Assembly: GCA_002633005.1 (NCBI GenBank)
Contig: NMRA01000104.1
Span: 742,841 to 806,840 of the forward strand
DNA length: 64,000 bases
DNA from: Phoronis australis
Taxonomy: Eukaryota; Animalia; Phoronida
Reading direction: 5' to 3'
Each line of letters opens with the position of its first letter. Position 1 is the first letter of the stretch. Positions 30,001-42,000 of the stretch are shown here, in pieces. The notes below the pieces were generated by a model. That model did no database searches, was not told the origin of the DNA, and saw nothing but the letters and a program-made list of their open reading frames with translations. The position numbers and the translations under genes are program-made.

Positions 30001-33000
30001 ATATACCTGACTTATCTCCATACAACGCACCCACGTCCACTCTCACTGGAGTCGTCAAGTCTCCCGTAGGCATAAAGGCAAGATGGCTGTCCCCCTGTAT
30101 ATGCAACTCATGGAACACGTGATGGTTGGTGTTGGCATCGCCTTCAATCCATGTCTTGGCATCGTCCAGTTCACGATAGGCATACCTGAACAGGGATATG
30201 TAGCTACTTCAGACCACAAAGCGTAGGAATTGTGTCACTTATAGTGGCATAACCTTATTGGCTTGACTTTTTCCTAATTATGTCAGGTGGCTAAACCCAT
30301 CCCCCCAGAGCATGCCTAACTGTGTACAAGCCTGTTGACAGCCAGCCTAGCAATACAACAGACTCGGGTTTACTGCTCGCCAGAATTACACTGACACATT
30401 ATTCAATGGCCTTATGCACACAGAAATGTCACAGCCTGACTTTCAGAAGGAATAGATGTGAGTAACAAAAATATTCAACTTGCACATGATGAGACATCAC
30501 GAAGCAGATAAAGGACATATGACCCATTGCTTGAGCTGGGTCACTGCAGGGTATCATCCTCTACAACACTTATCAAGTAAAAAAATCAATTTATGTCAAA
30601 TGCATCACTTTCCGTTATATTCAGGTGATCAGTGATTATTGCTCTAAAATAGTTTCCAATTACGTTAAGTACTCAAATCCTGAGATAATAGAATCGTGGT
30701 ATTCATACTCTGGCAGTAATAGCTTTAACTTATTTAATCAGTTGATGTAAAGTTGAAAAAGAAGATTTTCTACTACCTGTCAAACTCATTTTGGCCATCC
30801 ACAAATATTTCCAGCTCTGCCAAGCCGGCATATGAGTGTGGGTTCGTGAGCAGCACCGTTAACTTGTCAGCATTCCTGTGCACGAGTACCTCCAGGTAAG
30901 ACCCCTGGTGACACGCTCCTCGAGGCTCGACAACATTACTGGTGACTGGGAAGGATAAGGAACCAACCCAGCCAGTCAACTGAAATTAAAAGACATTGAA
31001 TAAAAAGTCCAATCGTATGTTCCTCTATGGTATTATAGCTAAACATCACTTGCATAATAATCCAGTGCTACTATAGAAGAGACTACAAACAGTGTATGAT
31101 GTCCAGTCTTTCTAATCAGACAATCACAAAGAATTGCTTGTCCACACAGCATGTGATATCCGGTTTTCTATGCAGAATTACAAAATTAAACTGCTTGACG
31201 TGCAAGCAATATGTGATACTCAGTCATTCGAATCAGATAATTACAAAGAATTGCTTGTCCAAACAATGCAATATTCAGTTTTTCCAACCAGACAATTACA
31301 AGGTATTGCATGTGGAAACACATTTCTGTCAGAACATTGAAACTGTCAACTAAAAGCAAGACTTTTAAGTTGTGAAAACTGAACAGATGAAAGCTCATAC
31401 AAACTACTTACAGATATTTTAGACACGTGTGAACATATAGGGTACAGTCGTATCCTATTGATGTAGTAGGTCTTTTGAAGGCTGATGGTCAACGTTACAC
31501 TGCTCGAGTCAGCCAGAAAAGATTTCATTCCACCACTGCCCAATGTCTGATCAAACAGGTATTGTAACCAATAGTAGCGAGTAGGAGTTAAATAATAATA
31601 GTAAACAGGACGAGAGGACTGAACCACAACACCAGACGCAGCTGTGTGCTTCTGTGACCGTCCACTTGTTCCACTGAGATCAAGACGTCTACCAACACTG
31701 GCTGTGTTAAACTGCTCATCTGTCATAGGCTTGTGCCCTCTGTTGTTAACACGCAATGTGTTTTGTCTGCTGGATGTCTCTTGGAGAAATACCGTCCCCG
31801 AGGCCCCAACCTCGGGCCCAGTAGTTACGTCACCACCGTACACATCCAGTGATCCTCCAAAGAAGGGCTGACTGATGTGGTTGTTGTGGTAGATGGCAAC
31901 ACGACCGCCTGACCCACTTCCAGTTCCTGCTGCACCAACGCCTCCTAGTGCCTGAATAGCTCCTGTATGGCCACCTGCCAAGTAGTATTAAACCTATGTA
32001 GCACACAACGCCAGAAAGTCTGGTAACAGTGTACCTTTCCAATCATTTACAGCAAAGGTAAACACAAATTATGCAATTTAACTGTGTTAAAACTAGCCAT
32101 GAACTTTCACAGAAAATCCTATTAGTTTTACCAGCACCAAAAGCAAGGCAACACAACTCTCATCACAGAATGATTTCCTTCACAATCTTTCCATACAACA
32201 GGCAAGAAAAACCAACAAATAACGGAGAGAACACTAGGTACTGATCAACCAACCCTGGCTTAACCAATCACAGTACGTCTTAGCATGTCGTGAACACATC
32301 CACTAAAACAAGAAACTGTAGGAACACCGCATTTATCCACCTTCACTCTTATCAGGCTTCTATTGTGAGTCAGCATGCGTGAATAATTGGCTGATAAGCC
32401 ACCTCTGGAACTACTTTTGGCTGAATGGATGACCAGGCCATAAAATGATAATTAGCCAAGACCAGTTACTATAATGCAACAAAGAATAATGTCTTGCATC
32501 ACCTAGCCTTGGTGGAAAGCTGTATACTGTATTGGCTCAAACAAACGCTTAGAAAAATTCATTTCACGGGGAGGGGACGCTTATTGTAGTGAGCCTACGG
32601 CAGTTGAAACCCGGTTTCCCAAACGGGNGGAAGTGATCTTAGGCATAATTTTGTAATGCACCCGCAGAGGAATGACTGATCGGCCCGTCAGGATACAGCC
32701 GTGTCGTTATCAGTTTGACAGTAGCAAACCAATGTTTACATAATCCAGCTCTCTTATTGTCTGCTTTCATCTGATAAGCTCACGTAATCCAGCAATTATG
32801 TTGCAATCAGTGCACTTGATGCTAACAGACATTTAAAAATGCTAATTACAAACAGTTTTCAACAAATGTCGTGAAGTAGAATGATGTGTTTTGTATGAAA
32901 TACTTTCACCAAAAAACTTCGAATGGAGAAAAATGATTAACTTTCTGAGAAATTAGACTTATCTTCTACCTGTTGATTCCTTTGTGTGACTGTAAGCTCT

Positions 33001-36000
33001 GACCAGCTTAACCACAGAATTGCATACAAACACAAAAGACTTGCTTGACAAGTTTAATCAAGGGAGAGTCTAGATTGGATCGTGATAATGGAAATTTCTC
33101 GATTTTTACACTCCAGGAGAATGGTACGTAATGTACTGGCGATAAACTGGTTCTACTACAAAGACGGTGCACGAGTTTAATAGCCTGAATCACAACTGCC
33201 AAAGGTGGGGCAGGTTAACTTTCACATCAAGTTTAAAGGTTTTGGAAATCAAATAATGCTATTAACAGCACCCCTCTACATCTGCCATAGAAAGCTCCCC
33301 TACCTCTCCTGATGTATGTAGATGTGTCTTGTAGAAGAATGCTCGGGGAGGCATAACTACGCTGGCACGTTCATAGACCCTAAGGTTGGTAGGGATGTCA
33401 GGTGCAGTGCGCAGTATGCTGACAGATTGATTGTGACCCACCAAGAGACAGCCTGAAAGGAAAGATCAGACTATTGAATGAGCCTGAGACACAGGATGGT
33501 TAACAATGTTATCAATAGTACATACCAGACATACCCACATTCACTCTAATTCAAGTAATATAAAGCAGATATAGTATACCTGTTTTATTTCCAAAAAACA
33601 CACCCACATCCACCCTCACGGAAGCAGTATAAAGCAATATACCTGACTTATCTCCATACAGCACACCCACGTCCACTCTCCCTGAAGTAATATAAAGCAA
33701 TATACCTGACTTATCTCCATACAACGCACCCACGTCCACTCTCACTGGAGTCGTCAAGTCTCCCGCAGGCATAAAGGCAAGATGGCTGTCTCCATGTATA
33801 TGCAACTCATGTAACACGTGATGGTTGGTGTTGGCATCGCCTTCAATCCATGTCTTGGCATCGTCCAGTTCACGGTAGGCATACCTGAACAGGGATAAGT
33901 AACTACTTCAGACCACAAAGCGTAGGAATTGTGTCACTTATAGTGGCATAATCTTATTGGCTTGATTTTTCTCTAATTAAGTCAGGTGGCTATAAAACTC
34001 ATCTCCCCAGAGCATGCCTGTTGACAGCCAGCCTAGCAATACAACAGACTAGGGTTTACTGCTCGCCAGAATTATACTGTCTCATTATTCAATGGCCTTA
34101 TGCACACAGAAATGTCACAACGTGATTTTCAGAAGGAACAGATGTGAGTAACAGAAATATTCAACTTGCACATGATGAGACATCACCAAGCAGATAAAGG
34201 ACATATGACCCATTGCTTGTGCTGGATCATTGCAGGGTATCATCCTCTACAACACTTATCAAGTAAAAAATCAATTTATGTCAAATGCATCAATTTCCAT
34301 TATATTCAGGTGATCAGTGATTATTGCTCTAAAATAGTTTCCAATTACGTTAAGTACTCAAATTCTGGGATAATAAAAATCATGGTATCCATACTCTGGC
34401 AGTAGTAGCTTTAACTTATTTAATCAGTTGATGTAAAGTTGAAAAAGAAGATTTCCTACTACCTGTCAAACTCATTTTGGCCATCCACAAATATTTCCAG
34501 CTCTGCCAAGCCGGCATATGAGTGTGGATTTGTGAGCAGCACCGTTAATTTGTCAGCATTCCTGTTTACGAGTACCTCCAGGTAAGACCCCTGGTGACAC
34601 GTTCCTCGAGGCTCGACAACATTACTGGTGACTGGGAAAGATAATGAACCAACCCAGCCAGTCAACTGAAATTAAAAGACATTGAATAAAAAGTCCAATC
34701 GTGTGTTCCTCTATAGTATTATAGCTAAACATCAGTTGCATAATAATCCAGTGTTACTATAGAAGAGACTACAGTGTGTGATGTCCAGTCTTTCTAATCA
34801 GATAATTACAAAGAATTGCTTGTGCAAACAATGCAATATTCAGTTTTTCCAACCAGACAATTACAAGGTATTGTATGTGGAAACACATTTCTGTCAGAAC
34901 ATTGAAACTGTCAACTAAAAGCAAGACTTTTAAGTTGTGAAAACTGAACAGATGAAAGCTCATACACACTACTTACAGATATTTTAGACACGTGTGAACA
35001 TATAGGGTACAGTCGTATCCTATTGATGTAGTAGGTCTTTTGAAGGCTGATGGTCAAAGTTACACTGCTCGAGTCAGCCAGAAAGGATTTCATTCCACCA
35101 CTGCCCAATGTCTGGTCAAACAGGTATTGTAACCAGTAGTAGCGAGTAGGAGTTAAATAATAATAGTAAACAGGACGAGAGGACTGAACCACAACACCAG
35201 ACGCAGCTGTGTGCTTCTGTGACCGTCCACTTGTTCCAGTGAGATCAAGACGTCTACCAACACTGGCTGTGTTAAACTGCTCATCTGTCATAGGCTTGTG
35301 CCCTCTGTTGTTAACACGTAATGTGTTTTGTCTGCTGGATGTCTCTTGGAGAAATACCGTCCCCGAGGCTCCAACCTCGGGCCCAGTAGTTACGTCACCG
35401 CCGTACACATCCAGAGATCCACCAAAGAAGGGCTGACTGATGTGGTTGTTGTGGTAGATGGCAACACGACCGCCTGACCCACTTCCAGTCCCTGCTGCAC
35501 CAGCGCCTCCTAGTGCCTGAATAGCTCCTGTATGGCCACCTGCCAAGTAGTATTAAACCTATGTAGCACACAGCGCCAGAAAGTCTGGTAACAGTGTACC
35601 TTTCCAATCATTTACAGCAAAGGTAAACACGAATTATGCAATTTAACTGTGTTAAAACTAGCCATGAACTTTCACAGAAAATCCTATTAGTTATACCAGC
35701 GCCAAAAGCAAGGCGAGACAACTCTCATCAAAGAAAGATTTCCTTCACAATCTTTCCACACAGCAGGCAAGAAAAACCAACAAATAATGGAGAGAACACT
35801 AGGTACTGATCAACCAAACCCTGGCTTAACCAATCACAGGACGTCTTAGTGTCAAATATTGTTACCTGTGAAGTTGCCAGTATAAACAAGTATACTGCCA
35901 CCACTTCCTCCGCTGTTAGTGCCACCAGTTACTGGACGACTATTAGCAAGGAGGTCACCATCAACTTTTAGTGTTCCAGCTACTCTTATTTCCAGTTTTC

Positions 36001-39000
36001 CTCCACCTACAAGGGCAGGAGAAATCAACAGGATTTTATATTTCAATGAGTCGAGTAGCATATTGCCATACTACTCGTTAGGAAAAGTGGAGAAAACGTA
36101 AATTACAAAGAGGCAGAAAGTGTTGAGAATTGAAAAATTATTAACTGTAAAATGCTTTTATCACCACTAAGTATTTGACCTTCAAACAGTTTGTATAGGA
36201 AGTAATAACGTTTTATCAGTAACTGACCAATGCCGCCCCTTGGTGCCGTGCCACCACTTCCATAATCACGTGGCAGGTAGGTATTGCCATAAGGAAGATT
36301 CCTAGGGAGGCGGCAGGTAACAAAGTTATCGCAAGCACCGCGACCTCCCAGTCCACCATGGGAGGCGCCACTGTCACCCAGGTGATGACCAACACCAGCA
36401 GCTGTAATAATAGTCATACATACATCAGTGTTAGGCAGATATCAGCAAGTTGTGACTTTTGACAGACAGAGTGTAATCTTATAAACAGAGTTTGTCGACA
36501 ATATCACATTATGCTAAGCCTTATATCAAAAACAGCCATTAGAAAGTCAAATAATATTAAATATAAAAGATTCAAAGCTTTTCAACTGACCTTTGCCTTG
36601 TCCAGCTAAGAATCCACCATCACTGACATCTACAGTTCCCCCATCGTCAATTCTCATGTGACCAGCAATTAGTTTGATGTTCTTTGAGTTGATCAGTCCA
36701 CCTCCCTCAACAATAAGGTTACCAGCTGTAACTGCATATTGCTCACTATGTGCAAATGGCATGGACCCATTAATGAGAGATCTAGCCTTCACAGTGACTG
36801 TTCCATTGAAGTGATAGTTGAGTCGTGGTCTACTATTGGTTGAGCCAGTCAAAAACATGCGCAGCTGACCCCTGTTGATCAATGTCAAATTGACAACGTG
36901 GTCCATTGTGCCTTCCAAATGAACAAAGACACTGTTCAGGTCAGTGTCTGGAGCAAGGCCAAGGTAACCATTACCATACACATAGGAATTGAATGGAGTG
37001 TCAATGAAATATCGCTTTAAATCCATGGTTTGATCGGGTCCAACGTGAATGTAACCAGTGCGATCACCAATCATGTGTCGGAAGTGGAGACTAACTGATG
37101 CATTATGGTCTCCTAAAATTGCCAGGTGGGAATTGCCATATATTTGGAGTTCGTCAAAATGATAGTTACCAACACCTTGAGCAAACGTATGAATGGCAGC
37201 TTGAGGGAGTATCCAAGCTTTGAAATTGTCCTTGGAAATGTCATTGTAATCTCTAATCAATGCAACCTGTTCTGCTTTCAGTGGCAAATTATTGTTGTCA
37301 ATAATGAGAGTTGTGTGATCATAAACCATGTGGTAGAGAAAGACTGTGCCAGGGCCTCCTGGCTGACCACGTGCTGACACATTGCCACCATAGGCCTGAA
37401 ATGAGCCAATGAAGGTCTGATTTTTCCAGAAACTGACAGCAAGCCTGCCTCCAGCACCGCCTCCACCTGAACCTCCAACAAACTGGTCGCCACCATTCAC
37501 AGTTATGTTTCCAGTGCCCCTGATCATGTTACAGTGCATCCAGATGGAGCCACCACTTCCTCCACCACCGTACACACCAGCTGCACTGGCACCGTTGGCA
37601 CTTACAACGCCATCAATGTGGATCAAACCAGTCACGTTGAACCAGACCATTCCCCCACCACCACCGGCATGACTTCCACCACCTCCTGAACTACCAAATA
37701 TGTACGGCTCATACAGATTGCCATAGGGTTGACCAGTGAAGGCACTACCAGCACCTCTGCCACTGGTGCCGCCATGACCTCCGCCAGATGACCCATGGCT
37801 ACTTGTGTATCCCAATCCCAAATTGGTGCCTTTGGCTTCATCTCTTGTGTGTATGGGTTGATATCCAGTGAAGTCCGCATTTAGTGTGCCACCATCATCA
37901 ACAGTAATGTTGATGGCGTTTACCGTCAATCTTGTTCCATGGAAAACTCCACCTCCTTCAATGAACATGGCTTTCACATGGTAGAAAATGCCTTCCTCAT
38001 CAATGGGGTCTGTGACACCTAAAATTGTTGAGTTATCTTGAACACGTACAGTTTCAAATTCATAGTTGCTGTCTAACTGATAACGTGTCCTTCCGCCATG
38101 TTCCAGAGATAGTAAGCCATTATGGTGCAGTGTTATGTTGTGTATATGTGCCAGAACTCCATGCAGCCATATACTGACATTGTGAACTACAGTGTAAGGA
38201 GCAAGCCCAAGATAAGAGAGTCTGTATGCTCTAACACTGAATGGTAGATCAATCTCCTCACGATGGAGATCAAGAACTTGATTGGCCCCAAGATGAATTG
38301 TGCCCGACCGATCGCCAATAAAATAAAGGAAATAGAGGGAGACATTCTTCCCAACAGGCTCTGTCAATATGGCCATGTGGGCTTCTCCGTACATCTGAAA
38401 CTCTTCAAAGTGGTAGTTATGGTCACCAGCAAAGTAGTGGTAAGCTGATACTGGGAGTATCCAAGTGCGGCAGCCATCTTGGGTTATGTCTGAATAGTCG
38501 GCTAATACATGGTGGTCGTTCCTAGGTTTAAGTCCGCCATTATCAACGATAAGTGTTCTGTGCTCATAAACCATGTGGTAGACAAATGCAGTTCCTGCAC
38601 CTCCATTTTCAGCTGGTAAGTTGTTTCCCCTGTGCTGTTGACCAGCAGCGCCACCTCTAGCATGATAGCTAAAGCCCATCATGGTCTCATTCTTGATGAA
38701 GTAGACAGCAATACGTCCTCCAGCACCTCCGGCACCAGGATGACTACTCCGGATTGACCCACCTCCACCATCAGCTGATATATGACCATATCCTAAACAT
38801 GCAATTGCTTGTAGTAAGAAAGATTAAAAACAAAACAATGACATTACACAGTGAACAACACGGTATTTTTTTAATTTAGTAGTACACTATTACAGTGAAA
38901 TTTGGTTTTATCAAAATTTTCAACAAGAGTTAACAGGAAAATACTTGTGTACTGTAGCTCAAGTTGTATAACGGTCATCAACAAAGACATGATTAAGTAT

Positions 39001-42000
39001 TGTTGACAATGCAGCAAACTTTTGAATATGAAAATACAATTTTGTTCAAATTTGAGAAACTTTACATCAAGTCAGTCAAACAGCTTAGCGAAAAATCAAA
39101 GTACATAAATGTCTAACTTGCAAGTAAATCAAATGAAAACTAAATGACGTGATTAGGTAGAGTGTAAAAACTGACAATATTCATTACCCAATAACATCAG
39201 TCCTAGACAATTAGGTAACAAAGAATTGACTTTGAAATATCGCCCCAAATTCCACTAACCTTTGATGACATTACAGTGAAGTAGAATACTGCCCCCACTG
39301 CCACCTCCAGCACCACTGGTTGCTGAGGCCACGCCCCCACTAGCTGACACTTCCCCATCAATGTGGATGGTGTTTGTCACATTCATCCAAATGATGCCGC
39401 CACCTGTACCAAATAAGCAACAGTACTGTACTTCAATGCGGAACCTAAGATTCACTAAGTGTTGCTCGTAAAACAAAGGGCAAGGTGTCAACTTAAATTT
39501 ACCTTCACAAACATGACTAAAAGAGAAATATCATCACTAAATAACAAAGGCAAGAATTTTGCATTTAAAAATTAAAGATGTCCTCCCAGTCTCCACAAAG
39601 CTATCCCGGTCCATCACCGGTGATCTTAAATCAATTGACACGCATTATACTGCAAGAAAAGATTTCCAAAACAACTAACAATGTTAGATGCTCACAAAAA
39701 CAACTACTTTTAAATAATAAAGTAAACTATCCAAATATTATCATATATCAAAGTATAGTCAAAAATGCAATGCCAAAATTGCAGTCAATTAATACTTCAA
39801 TCCTCTGCCGACTTATCAGGTTGTTTATCACTAGTTTTTATTTTTGTTGTGTAACTGTTGATTATTTTGAAGGACATAGATTTTTTCAAGCAAGTGTGTC
39901 TGCCTAAGTTTACCTCAAATGTTTTTAAAACTACTAAAAGAGGAGAAATGATAATTCTCAAGGCAATTGGAATCAAAGTTCTCCGAAATAGGAGTAAATA
40001 AAGTTCTGTGTACCTCTAGAAATGCATTTCACTTGGGTCCTTTTCTCAGAAACATTCCACTGCTTTACAAAACAACCATAAGCTTACCATTTTTAATCTT
40101 ATCAGAAAATAAAAAGGAGGATGGCCTTCTTTTCAACTTTCTTACACTATAAAGTACACTATTTTTTCATACAATAGCACTCATCAAATGGCCCCATTAA
40201 ATTAGTGTTGTCAGTGTTAATCGTAATCAAAGATGTTCAAATGTACAAACACCCAGTTGTCCACTAACGTCCTACCTTGGCCACCATACATTCCCGTAGG
40301 ACCTTTGCCACCAGAACTTCCAAACTGCCTTGGTTCATACAAGTCATCATAGGCAGGTCCAGCATGGTTGTGACCCTTACCACGACCCCCGCTCCCTCCG
40401 TGACCCCCACCAGCACCAACACCTCTGGTGACATGGGGCAGCCCCATGTTGACGTCACCGTGCAGAGACCCGTCACCATGGGTGTCATTGTGGTGACCAG
40501 AGTTGTATCCAAGTGCATCAGCAGCAATCTTCCCTTTACTGTCAACAGTAATGTTAATTGACTGCATAAACAGCCTGGCACCATGTAATATACCACCGCC
40601 CTCCACAAACAAGGAGTCTGTGAGCAGAGTTATGCCAGGGTCCACCACAGGGTCGGTAGTCCCATTAACAGTGGCATTATCCTGTATGCGCAATACTTCA
40701 AAGCGATAAGAACTAAAGGGTTGTCCAGAAGTGTGACCACCATGTTTCATCCAGAAATAGCCACCGTGATGGAGGGTCATGTTGAGTACAAAGGACAGGC
40801 GTCCACTCATGTGAATCTCAACACCATGAATGCGCGTGATAGGAGCCAGACCCAGATGACCACCAAAGTACACATATGTATTGAACGGTAGATCAATTAC
40901 ACGTCTCTGCAGGTCCAGCTCTTGGCCATGTGTAATGTGCACAGAACCTGTACGGTCTCCAATCATGTACTTGAAGAAGAGCGTCACATTATATGAAGCT
41001 GTGACTGCATAGGAGACTGAGCTGAACTCTGGAGTGATGATGTAGTGACTACCATTGAATGTCTGCTGAGGGGACAACACAGCTAAGTGACCATTGCCAT
41101 AGATCTGTAGTTCTTCGAAGTGAAACGCGTGTTGTTTAGCAGCAAAGTTGTGCATTCCAGACACAGGTAATATCCAAGCCCGTGTTCCACCTTCGTCTAC
41201 ATTTTGCCAATTGACATACTTTGCGACTGGGTTTTTCCTTCCATTGTTGTCTATTATGAGGGTCCTGTGGTCTTCTACAAGGTGGTACAAAAAGACAGTG
41301 CCCGGCCCACCAGCTCCACATTCAGCACAGTTAGAGCTGCCTTCTCTTCCTCCATGGGCAAAGTACCTGAAGTCTGTAAATGTGTCATTCTTTGTAAAGT
41401 ACATGGAGACCCTACCACCGGCGCCACCCCCAGATGACTGGCTGCCATAAGAGCTGCCTGAAAGTACAAAACACCGTGCAACAATTACTTTCTCAAAGTC
41501 AATCATTCAATGGATACTTTTTGTCAAATAATTAGTTCCATTCCAAATTCTGTGCTTACTCACCATACACTGCTACGTCTCGCCCATCCATTTTGTCAAA
41601 GTGCAGTTTGATGCCACAAATTATTTCTTTTAATGATCTAACCACTTATTGTTCTTGATACACATCTACTGTTATTCAGTGGAGAAAACTGGTTCTCAGA
41701 ATGCAGGAAAATTACATCCAGCTACTACCTATCTACTTGGCGATACTTTGAAACTAAATTTTTGCCATTACTATTAGTAGAGGTGGAGCTCCACACTGCT
41801 CACACACAAGTTATGTACCTGCACCACCATTGGCAGTAATACGTCCGTATCCAGTGATACGATGACAGTGAAGCCATATACTGCCCCCACTCCCTCCGCC
41901 AGATGTCCATTGTCTTGAATTTTCACCATCACCTCCGTTGGCCGACAGTTCACCATCGATAGCAATGGTGTTGGTGACATTGAGCCACAGTCGGCCACCA

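Larger units (their letters stand above)
29047..35849. repeat. About 3.2-kb direct duplication (29047-32283 vs 32629-35849), probably two haplotypes joined at an N
   Basis: Near-identical exons and introns with SNPs and indels; copy B starts immediately after N32628. Confidence 0.85.

Noticed and set aside
36591-38792. Collagen, PE-PGRS or bacterial contaminant/autotransporter
   Set aside because: There is no Gly-X-Y periodicity or PE domain, and the gene has 70 spliceosomal introns with eukaryotic SINEs and MITEs.
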